64,000 bases of DNA from assembly GCF_009914755.1 (NCBI RefSeq), contig NC_060940.1. One strand, 5' to 3'. Each line of letters starts with the position of its first letter. Position 1 is the first letter of the stretch. The notes under the pieces are model-generated. The model saw only the letters and a program-made list of their open reading frames with translations. It did not search any database and had not been told where the DNA came from. The stretch is from the human T2T-CHM13v2.0 reference genome, Homo sapiens. Made by a program: the position numbers and the translations under genes. Shown piece by piece: positions 26,519 through 38,307 of this stretch.

Positions 26519-27174
26519 TGAATTAATATTTTCTACCCCACTTTCTTAAGTCGAGACAATCAATAAAGCAATAAATGACACCTGGATTTGTAGCGAATGT
26601 CTATTTCCATGGTGTAAATAGTGGTACCCTGAGCAATTTTAAGTTATAAATATGAGATCACTGAAAGTGGAGTTGGGGAACACGTTATTATATAGTATTT
26701 TCACCACACACAGGATACAGTCAATGACTTCAAGAGCATAGGTAACAGTAAAATGTAGTAAAACAATTTAGAAGTCATGAGTTTTGAGTACTTAGTACTT
26801 TTTAGTATGATTTATTTAATAGTAACCTTATATAATGTTTTTCTTTTAATTGTTTTATTGAGATGTATTTCATACACTTTCCAATAAGCCCATTTGAAGT
26901 GTAACATTCAACTTTTTTTAGTATATTCGCATGGTTATGTAATTTTCATCAAAATCTAATTTTAGAGTATCTTTTTGTCCCCCTAAAAGTAACTCTGTGC
27001 CCATAGTTGGCAGTTTGTCATATCACTCAATCACTGTTTCCTTTAAAGAGCTTATCATTAAAGACAGCAGGCAGTTACACAACATCTTCTACATGCCAAG
27101 AATGTTTCTAATACATGCTTTATGGATTTTTAAATTGTGGTAAGATTTACATAATGTAAAATTTACCACTTTGG

Positions 27175-27491
<317 letters not shown>

Positions 27492-28555
27492 TCACCACTT
27501 TGACCATTTTAAAGTGTAAAATTCAGTGACTTTTAATACGTTCACAATATCGTGCCACAATCAGCAGCCATTTCAGAACATTTTTACCATCCCCCGCTAA
27601 AGAAACACCATATCCATTAAGTGGTCATTCCCCATTTCCTCCTTCCCCCAGCCCCTCATAACCACATCTACTTTGTGTCTCTATAGATTTGACTATTCTG
27701 GATATCTCATATAAATGGAATCACACAATATGTGGCCTTTTGTGTCTGGCTTCTTGCTTTTAGCATGCTTTCAAGGTTCATCCATGTTGTAGAATGTATC
27801 AGTACTTCATTCTTTTTATGGTTGAGTGATATTCTGTTACATGGATATACCACTTTTTGTTTATCCATTTGCCAGTGGGTGGTCATTGTGTTTCTACTTG
27901 TTGGCTGTTACGAATTATGCTGCTATGATCATACATGTACTGTTTTTATGTTTTCTGCAAACTCCTGTTTTCCATTCTTGGGCATATTTTGGGGAGTGGC
28001 ATTGCTGGGTAATATGGCAATTTTATATTTAACTTTCAGAGGAGCCACCAAATTGTTTTCCACGGAGGCTGCACCATTTTATATTTCCACTTGCAGTATA
28101 TGAAGGTTCCAATTTCTCCACATCCTTGACAACACTTTATTTTCTGTTTTCTTTGAAGGTATGAAATTGTATCGTGGTTTTGATTTGCATTTCCCTCATG
28201 ATTAATGATGTTGAGTATTTTTATGTGGTTATTGGTTATTTGTATCTTTTTTAAAATAGAAATGTTGATTCAAGTCCTTTGCCCAGTTTTTAACTGGGTC
28301 ATCTGGCTTTTGTTGTTGAGTTGTAAAAGTTGTTTATATATTTTGGATACTAGACCCTTATCGTATAAATCCTTTGCAAACATTTTCTCTCAATCTATGG
28401 GTAGGCTTTTTTACTCTTTTTATAGTGTCTTTTGATGAACAAAGATTTTAAATCTTGATGAAGTCCACTTTATCTATTTTGGATGTTGTTGCTTCTGTTT
28501 TTGGTGTTGTATCTAAGAATCCATTGCCAAATCCAAGGACATAAACATTTACTCC

Positions 28556-29553
28556 TGTGGTGTTATGATATATATAGGGTTCCTGGCTCATAACTCTCAT
28601 AGCCCTTGTTGCAGTCTATTGTTACAATATTGCGTGTGTTAGGCATCAGGAAACAGAATCTCTTTGTCTCCTGTCCTTCTTTCACCTGCCCCAAGGCAGG
28701 ACTCTAATCTTTCCCACCTTTTTGATTGTGAGTCTTCAGACCCTCCCCAGAGAGTCAGTCCTGCCTTATGCCCTGGGGAAAGGAATGCTGACCTCATGAA
28801 GCTCCCATAAAAACCCAAGAGGGCTGGGTTTGGGAGCTTCCAGATAGCTGAAGACAAGGAGGTTCCTGGAGCGTGGCTGCCTAGGAAGGGCTGGAAAGCT
28901 CCATGCCCCTACCCCATACCTCGCCCTATGTGTCTTTTCATCTCTGTCCTTAGTACTGTCCTTTATAATAAAGCAGTAAGTGGTAGCAAGTGTTTTCCTG
29001 AGTTCTGTCATCTGCTCCAGCAAATTAATCAAACCCAAAGAGGGGGTTATGGGAACTTCCACCTGAAGCCCCTCAGCCAGACATTCTGAAGTCTCTGACT
29101 TGCTATTGGTGTCTGGGGGTATGGGGGGCAGTCTTGGGGACTGAGCCTCCAACCTCCAACTAACTCCACGTAGACAGTGTCAGGATTGAATTGGAGGACT
29201 CCCAGCTGCTGTCCCCTGCTTAGTATGTGGGGAAAGTTGAGTTGTAAAAGTTGTTTATATATTTTGGAAACTAGACCCTTATCATATAAATGATTTGCAA
29301 ACATTTTCTCTCATTCTGTGGGTAGTCTTTTTATTCTTTTGATATCATCTCGTGATGCACAAAAGTTTTAACAACAAAAGTTTGGGTGTTGTATCTAAGA
29401 ATCCATTGTCAAATCCAAGGTCATGAACGTTTACCTCTGTGGTGTCACCCCTCCTCTCGCATTTGGTGAGAGGAGTCTTCTGTGTTGATTGTCATGGTGG
29501 TGTGAGAGCAGAAGGGAAACATGGTTTCAGAAAAGAGTTTTTCCCTGAAACCA
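28556..29553 (+). mobile_element. MER21A-like solo LTR within L1, carrying an internal templated insertion
   Basis: TGTGGTGTTATGATATATAT start, ends gaaacCA; 4-bp TSD CTCC at 28552-28555 and 29554-29557. Confidence 0.8.
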
Positions 29554-30164
29554 CTCCTCTATTTTCTTCTCAGACTTTTATAGTTTTAGCACTTATGTTA
29601 AGACTTTTGATCCATTTTACGTCAATTTTTCTATATAGTTTAAGGTAGGCATTCAACTTTGTTCTTTTGAATGTGAATATCCATTTGTCCCAGAAGCATT
29701 GATTAAAAAAGATAATTCTTTCTCTATTAAATGGTCTTTGCACCCTTATCAGAGATCAATTGGCCATAAATGTAAGTATTTCTTTCTGGACTCTGAATTA
29801 TATCCCATTGATCTGTATGCCTGTCCTTATGCCATTGCCACACTGTTTTGGTTACTGTACTCTGTGTAAGTTTTGAAATTTGGAATTGTGAATTCTCCAA
29901 CTTTGTTCTTCATTTTCAAGATTGTTTTGGGTATTCTGGGTCCCTTGTATTTCCATTTGAATTTTAAGATCAATATAATTTAAATTTTAATCATGGCAGT
30001 GTTCAATAACTGGCTTGCATATTTTTTGAACAGTCATCAGCTCTTGTGAGCCACGGTTGGCCAGCTCCCAAACACCATGACATACAACTTGCAGGAAAAG
30101 CTCATTTTCCAGTTTTTCCCCCTCCAGCTGTAGGGGATATATTTTCGTTAATTCCTGTGACCAT

Positions 30165-30410
30165 ATGGCAGCATGGTTAGGATCTTGGGCTTCTAAATCA
30201 GACAGTTGTAAACTTAAACTCCAATTCTGCCACTTATTGTGTCACTTTGGACAAGTTACTTCACCTCTCCAAGCCTCAGTTTCCCTGACTATAAAATGCT
30301 AACAATAGTTGTTCTTTCCTTATTGGACACTCAAGAGGATTAAATATTATTCATGTAAGGCTCTTAGTATAACACCTTGCACATAGGAAGCATTTAATAC
30401 CTAAAATCGA
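30165..30410 (+). mobile_element. MIR
   Basis: ttggacaagttacttcacctctccaagcctcagtttcc. Confidence 0.8.
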
Positions 30411-30435
30411 GTACTGTTATTGTTTCAGGATTATT

Positions 30436-30743
30436 ATTTTTTTTAAATTTATTTTATTTTTTTGGGACAGGGTCTTGCTCTGTTGCCCGGGCTGGAGTGC
30501 AGTGGTGCGATCTCAGCTCACTGCAACCTGCTTCCTGGGTTCAGGTGATTGTCCTGCCTCAGCCTCCCTAGTAGCTGGGATTACAGGCGCACGCCAGCAC
30601 GCCTGACTGATTTCTGTATTTTCAGTAGAGATGGGGTTTCATCATGTTGGCCAGGCTGCTCTCAAACTCCTGACATCAAGTGATTTGCCCGCCCCAGCCT
30701 CCCAAAGTGCTGGGATTACAGGTGTGAGCCACCGTGCCCAGCT
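30436..30743 (-). mobile_element. AluS
   Basis: Dimer; TSD caggattattatttt/cagcattattatttt. Confidence 0.95.
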
Positions 30744-31046
30744 CAGCATTATTATTTTTAGTCTACACACAGTGAACTTAAATCTCCTCTAGAAAAGTCA
30801 GAAGGTCTACGTACAACTTTAAGAGTTCAGCCAAAAGAGACCAGTATCTACTACCGTGGACAACCCTATTTAACATGGAGGAGATAAGCAGAAACTGAAA
30901 AGAGGAGCCTGTTTTCTCTCTGGCAGATTAATTTTCTTTCTTTCTTCACCCATGCCTTGGACATGAAACACAAGTACAAAGGTTCAGAGAAAATCAAAAC
31001 AAGACTGTGGTTTACAAATAAGTAGTACTAGTAACATCTCACTGTT

Positions 31047-31350
31047 GGCTGGGCACAGTGACTCATGCCTGTAACCCTAGCACTTTGGGAGGCAGAAGTG
31101 GGAGGATCACTTAAGCCTAGGGTTGAAGACCAGCCTGGGCAACATGGTGAAACCTCATTTCTACAAAAAATACAAAAATTAGCCGGGCGTTTTGGTGCTT
31201 GCTTGTGGTCCCAGCTACTCAGGAGGCTGAGGTGGGAGGATCACCTGAGCCCAGGAGATGGAGGTTGCAGTGAGCCAAGATTACACCATTGCACTCCACC
31301 CTGGGTGACAGATCCAGACCCTGTCTCAAAAAAAAAAAAAAAAAAAAAAA
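31047..31350 (+). mobile_element. AluJ
   Basis: Dimer with A-tail. Confidence 0.93.
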
Positions 31351-31882
31351 GTGAAAAAAAGGAAAATCTTCGTTGTTCTTCATCAGAAGCCTCCACACAG
31401 GGCCCCTGAAGGAAGGGCAGGGAAGAAGGGGGTTGGAGGTCAGTGGGAGGAATAACTCTGTGACTCAGTGCTTTCCTGACTACCATCTGGATGTGGGCTG
31501 TATCTGCGTAAGGTGCCGGGACAGGGCGGCCTCATGAACTCATGGGAAGCAAACACACACCCTCCCTCCGATCCACCAGGCACTCGGGTTTCCTGTGTGT
31601 CTGGTGATGTGCTGGGTGTTGTGGATCTGGACTGAACGGCAGTCTCAGGTTTATGTATTAGGAAGCATTCAGCAGGCAGGAGCAGCCGATCTGAGACTGG
31701 CATGGGCAGTGGAGACATCATTCATCTCCTGAAACATAATTTGGAGGAGACTGTTCCAGGGCTGGCTGAGTGACTCCTTGATGTCAGCACTTTGCCCTGT
31801 CGTGGTCTTGGCCTTTCTCTTGTGTTCCCCAGATGGGTTTCACTGCTCTAAGGATCATACCTTCGCAGGCCATCTGAAGTTA

Positions 31883-32253
<371 letters not shown>

Positions 32254-32401
32254 TCACAAGTTTTTCTTATTGTTTTTTGTTTTTTTAAGGGAGGAAATTT
32301 CTTTCAGAAGTCAGTACTGGACATTCCGTTATTTCACCTTGAGCTACACATCCCATAGTCAGCTTAGCCCTGTCCCTGGTGCGGGGGAGCAGGACTGTTG
32401 C

Positions 32402-32888
32402 CTGTATCCCTTAGTCATTGCCGCAGGCTTGCTGCATCACAAACCACCATTAGACCTCAGTGGCCCGCAGCAATAAACATTCGATTCTCGCCATCTCTGG
32501 GTTTGAGGTGACCTTGGCTAAGCTCCCCTGCATTGCTCTGCTCATCTTTCTCACGAGTCTGGCAATGGGGCTGGGAATGGGCTGATCTAGGCTGGACTTG
32601 GCTGGAGTAACCCAGCCCCACCTTGGATCTCTCTCCTCTACTTCCCACATGTATCCTTTTCATGGTTAAAGGTAGAAACAGAAAAAAACAGGCAGAAACA
32701 TAAAAAGCTCGGAGATGGCTTCCTATTGCTTCTTCATTCTGGGCCAGAGCAAATCATATGGTCGTGCTCCAGGGTGAGGAAGTATGTCCCACTTACAGAC
32801 TGAAAAGGTGCTGCAAGTCTGCACGGCAGAGGGCATGGATAAGGGGTTCGTAAAAACTTAGGGCCATTTAATACAAATTTGTCACATC
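32402..32888 (-). mobile_element. Old MLT1 (H/I-like) LTR
   Basis: gctgcatcacaaaccacc...ctcagtggc; ggccagagcaaatcatatgg; gggcatggata. Confidence 0.65.
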
Positions 32889-33393
32889 ACACTGGCTTGG
32901 ATTGATTTTGATTCATTGCTCTGTCGCCCAAACAGAATTATAATTATTTTAGTAAGGAAAGAGGAAGGATACCTTTGGGGCAGACAATGGATAGAGCTTA
33001 CTATACAAGTCTATAGAGGCATCTCACCTGTAGAAATCTTAAGATGAGGGTTAGCCAAAGCAAAGAGTGGTTCAGGGTGGGAAAGCCAAGGAAGGCCAGG
33101 ATCCTCACCAAGATTGCCAGCAGGGAGCTCTGATTGTCCACAGCTCTGCTCTCTGCTCACCCCGGGGATTTAGCAGTAACAGAATCCACACTAGAAGGAC
33201 AGAGTGCTGTACAGACAGAAGGAAAGACGCACACCCAAACCTTGATAACCATGGCAATGCAATAGGAAATCTCTTTATTTCGTTGGTGCTCAAGTGATAC
33301 CATTAAGTCCCTTAAGATGCGGAATTTCCTTGCCCCCGCTGCCCCCTTTCTTTCTTTCATCTTATCTATATATCTGTATCTATATCTAATCTA

Positions 33394-33754
<361 letters not shown>

Positions 33755-34102
33755 TGACTTTCCTCATTTTTTATCCAGTTTTGCTTTCCAGAGACCCAGA
33801 TATGGCTTCATTTTTTAAATGAAATTTTGCAGGTCATTAGCTCATAATGATTAAATGATTCTGGTTATTAGCATAAAACACAGCTGTAGTACATAAGAGG
33901 TAACCTTTATTGTTTAAATATTATTCAATGTGCCTACATAGCACACAGCAAAAAAAACTTTTTTTCAGACTATTCAGCCATTATGGAAATAACTTATAAT
34001 TACATTCAGAAATGTTGCAAATGCAACTCATCCTTGCAGTGGGATAAACATTGCCTAGAAGGGTTTGAAGAGGAATCCAGGTTAGAAACAATGAAAATTT
34101 TT

Positions 34103-34228
34103 GGCTGGGCAAGGTGGCTCACGTCTGTAATCCCAGCACGTTGGGAGGCCGAGGCAGGAGAATCATTTGAGGGCAGGAGTTCAAGACCTCCTCATCTCTA
34201 CAAAAAATAAAATATTTGAAAAAAAAAA
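34103..34228 (+). mobile_element. Alu left monomer / FLAM-like
   Basis: Monomer plus A-tail; TSD tgaaaattttt/tgaaattttt. Confidence 0.85.
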
Positions 34229-34345
34229 GTGAAATTTTTGATATAGAAGAGGATGTAGGGCAGGTAGGGCTCAGAAGGACCCATGCCATATAGCAAAGTT
34301 CTTAGTAACACAGGCTTTGGGTTACAGCAGGCTAGATTCAAATCC

Positions 34346-34772
34346 TGCTGTGGTCAGAATGTCTGTGTCACCCCAGCATTCATTTGTTAGGAGATGGGGT
34401 CTTTTGGGAGATGATTTGGACATGAAGACAGAGCCTGCATAATTGCATGAGTGCCCTTATAAAAGTGACCCCAGAAGCTGCCTTGCTTCTTCCACCATGT
34501 GAGAAAACAGCAAGAAGAATATCCATGAATCTATGAGGAGGCGGGACTCTGGCCAGACATTGAATTTGCTGCTTCCTTGATCTTGGACTTCCCAGCTTCC
34601 AGAACCATGAGCAATAAATTTCTTTTTTTCAAAGCTCCCCAGGAGTCTCTCTCGGTCTGTTCTGGCTCAGGAAGCTGCCTTATTTGTAACAAACAAATAA
34701 ACAAAAAACAAAATAAATAAAAGCTACCCAGCTTAGATTATTTTGTCATAAAAGCCCCAAAAGACTATGACA
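34346..34772 (+). mobile_element. MLT1A-like solo LTR
   Basis: TG...CA termini, ttgatcttggacttcccagcttccagaaccatgagcaataaa; 5-bp TSD AATCC. Confidence 0.88.
34643..34719 (+). mobile_element. Short A-tailed retroposed insert (MER51/MER57-like LTR fragment)
   Basis: About 45 bp body plus A-rich tail; 12-bp TSD aaagctccccag/aaagctacccag. Confidence 0.7.
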
Positions 34773-35444
34773 AATCCTTCTATCTATGTGTCCTTAGGCA
34801 AAATACCCAAACTCTCTGAATACCAATTTTCTCATCCAAAAAAATGGGTGAATAATATCTAAGAGGTAATAACCCTAATACCTCTTAGTGTTGCTGTGAG
34901 AATTAACTAAAGTACCATCTTCATGTGGTCAGCACAATGGCTGACACATAGCAAGACCTTGGTAAGTTATAGCTGTTGCTGTCATTCCTGCAGCTGTTAT
35001 CTTTGTCATTACGCTTACTGTTATTATTAGCTCTGCTATCAGAGTGATGCTGTGGCTGGAGAAGATGGAGACCCATGTGTTCAGGCTGTGAGCATAGGCA
35101 GATCCTTTCTAATGCAGAAGGTGTAGACACAGGGCACAGAACTGCCAACTGTGGCTGCTGACACCTGTCTGACTTTGACTGGGTTAGTGACAAAGAAATG
35201 ACTTTCCTTTTGTATGTTAGCCCTGTGCCTGGCATACTGCAAATATCTATGGTTGATAAATTAATGTTATCATCATCACGTAAGCATCTTGGGAAGTCTG
35301 TAAGTAATGGGAGTTGGAGGCTTAACACTGATCTTTGAGCTGGCGATTTTTCCAGCCAACTCATTTTGGACGTTGGTGCTTAAGCATATCCTGTTTTCGA
35401 GGGTGGTGTTGGTGGTGGAGGAGGTGATGGTGATGATATTGATA

Positions 35445-35670
35445 ATGACAGCAAGAATGTCTTACATTTATAGAGTGTTCAAAAGGTGCCAGATATTGTG
35501 CTAAGTGCTTTGCGGGCATTATGTTATTCACACTTCACAGATATTCTCTTTCTACATGTAAGGAAAAAAAGGCATAAATACTTTATATAATTTACTCAGG
35601 ATTTTAAGTAGAGGGTAGATTTTAAGTCCAGGCAGTCCAACCCCCTGAAAGCTGACTCTTTAACACCATA
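35445..35670 (-). mobile_element. MIR
   Basis: gtgccagatattgtgctaagtgcttt. Confidence 0.65.
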
Positions 35671-35994
35671 TGCTTCTGTCTTCCTGGCTGTTTTGTGAAT
35701 GAGTAGGATGGAAAGGAGATCCTTGAATTGGGAAGGCTACCCATGGACTACAACTAGTACTTGTCTTCAACCTCCATCTAGATGGAGTGCTCACAAGATC
35801 CTCTACATCAAACCTGGCTTCTTAGTCCACTGCTGAGTCTTCCCAATTCTGAAAAAAAGGATTCAGGGTATAATTTCTCACACAGATTTCTGGGACAGTG
35901 CTTTCTTGGAGCACCACGCCTCACTAATGGAACACTCATGTATAATTCTGGCTTTTGAATTTTTATTTTTTTATTAACATACACAGTCAGCATT

Positions 35995-36190
35995 GGGTGT
36001 GGCTCTGGGGATTCATTCTAGTGGGCAAGTCTCATATTTCTCAACCTCAGGTTTTTCATCTGTAAATGGGGACAATACTGACATCTACCTAATGTCCTTG
36101 AGGATGGAATGAGATATTGAGTATAAAGTATCTAGTAGAGTGGCTAGCGTATAGTGAGTACCCAATAAATGCAATAGATGTTGGCTTTTA
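35995..36190 (+). mobile_element. MIR
   Basis: cctcaggtttttcatctgtaaatgggg. Confidence 0.65.
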
Positions 36191-36639
36191 TTACTGTCAA
36201 GTGGAAACAAAAGTATAAGGTTTAAGTAAGCGAACGAAATGGAAGATAATTGAGGAAGAAAATCAGATGATGTCTAAGATAAGGCAAAGAACATTTTGTG
36301 AATGTTTAAATATCCTAAGACCCACTAAGGAAGTTTGTGGCAATATTTGCTCAAAGACAGTATATATAATAAATACTTTAGACTGGTTAAGAGAATGGCT
36401 CTGAATGTCTACCTAGCTATCACATTTAGAAACGCCCCTTGCCTTCCTTCCAGGACTTTCTTCCTTAATCAGGATTGACTTAACTGTTAACTCCTAGAAC
36501 TGTCGTTGATTGCTTGGTGAAGTAACAATTAGTATAGACATTCAGCAACTGGCCTCCCATACTGTGATTCACTGACCCAGACTTTGACATCTTGGGCTCA
36601 GCCATACCCTGGAGCCTCCAAATCCTCTGCTGGATCCTT

Positions 36640-36850
36640 TAAGTCCAGACATCTGACAGGGGAAGAAAAAGTACAAGTTTCCAAGGAGTTATTATAGGTC
36701 AAGCCTGGAAGCAGTGAGGTCACTTCCACCTGCTTCCCATTGGCCAGAATTCAGTCACATGATCACAACCAACTGCAAGGGATTCTGGGAAATGTAGTCT
36801 GGTGATGCCTCGAGGAGGCAAGAGAAATGTTTTCAGTGAACACATTGCCT
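36640..36850 (-). mobile_element. MLT1J/K-like LTR fragment
   Basis: cccattggccagaattcagtcacatg...ctgcaagggattctgggaaatgtagtct. Confidence 0.7.
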
Positions 36851-37136
36851 TCTCAGGCTTGCTTTCTATTGTAGATTGCTTACAATATTGCTTTTAAATT
36901 GCATGGTCTTGTACAAATGATACGAGTTTTATTTTGCCTTTTGGAAGGAGTTATTGTCCATATTTGTTAGAGATATATCTGTTTATCAGCATCATTGCAA
37001 AGTATTAGAAAGGGCCCTGCCTGGGCTAGGAGCCAGAAGCATTCTTCAGTTCCCAACGGCCATCCAGCCACTCATTGCTGTGTGAGCTCTGGCTGGTCAG
37101 TAAGAACCTTTGATCCCATGTTTCTTTATCTTCTTC

Positions 37137-37433
37137 TTTTTTTTTTTTTTTTTAGCCATAGTCTCACTCTGTCACCTAGGCTGGAGTGCAGTGGTGCGAT
37201 CTCGGCTCACTGCAAATTCTGCCTGCTAAGATCAACTGATTCTCCTGCCTCAGCCTTCCAAGTAGCTGGGATTATAGGCATGAGCCACCATGCCTGGCTA
37301 ATTTTTGTATTTTTAGTAGTGCCGGGGTTTCACCATGTTGGCCAGTCTGGTCTGGAACACCTGATCTCAAGTGATCCACCCACCTCAGCCTCCTAAAGTG
37401 TTGGGGTTGCAGGCGTGAGCCACTGTGCTGGGC
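37137..37433 (-). mobile_element. AluS
   Basis: Dimer; TSD tttctttatc. Confidence 0.95.
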
Positions 37434-38009
37434 CCCAACTTTCTTTATCAATAGAAGTGGGGAAATCGTACCTGCCCTGTCTGCCTCATTGGATGTGGAA
37501 GAAATGACATAATCCATGAGAGTGGCTTCTGAATGAAGAGAACCTGCTAAAGGGAAGACATGATCTCAAGTCAGCCACCTCTGACCCAAATAAGAACACA
37601 TAATTACAAGACTGTATTGTATAATCATGCAGGACACAAGGTATGCAATTTTAAGGGTCAAAGTGGTAAAAAAAAAAAAAAAAAGGAAAATCAAATATAA
37701 AAAGGCAGCCCCGACAGGTACGAGCTTGTAGTCATTTCCCCAAATGCCTAAAGTAGACCCATTCCCATTGCTCTAATTTGTAGAGATGTTCTCGAGGCAG
37801 CCTGGAGTCAAGACAAGAGTGCCAGCCAGGATTGAGGCACTGTTCCAACTCCAGTCTGGCTGCTTTTTCAACCTGGGGCTTTAGTCATGTCAATATTCCT
37901 GAGCTTCCATGTGCTTATTTGAAAAATAGGAAGATTTGTCCAGTCTCAAGGAACTATGATAAGTAGCAAACAATATCCCAGAAAAATCTCCAGTCAAAAA
38001 TCCACTGGA

Positions 38010-38307
38010 GGCCAGGTGCGTTAGCTCATGCCTGTAATCCCAACACTTTGGGAGGTCGAGGCAGGAGGATCTCTTGAGGCTAGGAGCTCGAGAACAGTCT
38101 GGGCAACATAGCAAGTCTCTGTCTCTACAAAAAATACAAAAATTAGCTGCGCGTGGTGGCGCGTGCCTGTAGTCCTAGCTACTCAAGAGGCTGACATGGG
38201 AGGATTGATTGAGCCCAAGAGGTCAAGACGGTAGTGATTCGTGGTCACACCACTGCCCTCAACCCTGGGTGACAGGGTGAGACCCTGTCTCTAAAAACAA
38301 AAGCAAA
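38010..38307 (+). mobile_element. AluJ
   Basis: Dimer; TSD aaaaatccactgga/aaaaattcactgga. Confidence 0.92.

Larger units (their letters stand above)
34290..34985 (+). mobile_element. MIR split by an MLT1 LTR
   Basis: caggctttggg...gattcaaatcc then tccttaggcaaaatacccaaactctctgaa. Confidence 0.65.

Noticed and set aside
27732-28435. ORFs within L1
   Set aside because: Antisense frames of a decayed L1M; no intact ORF2
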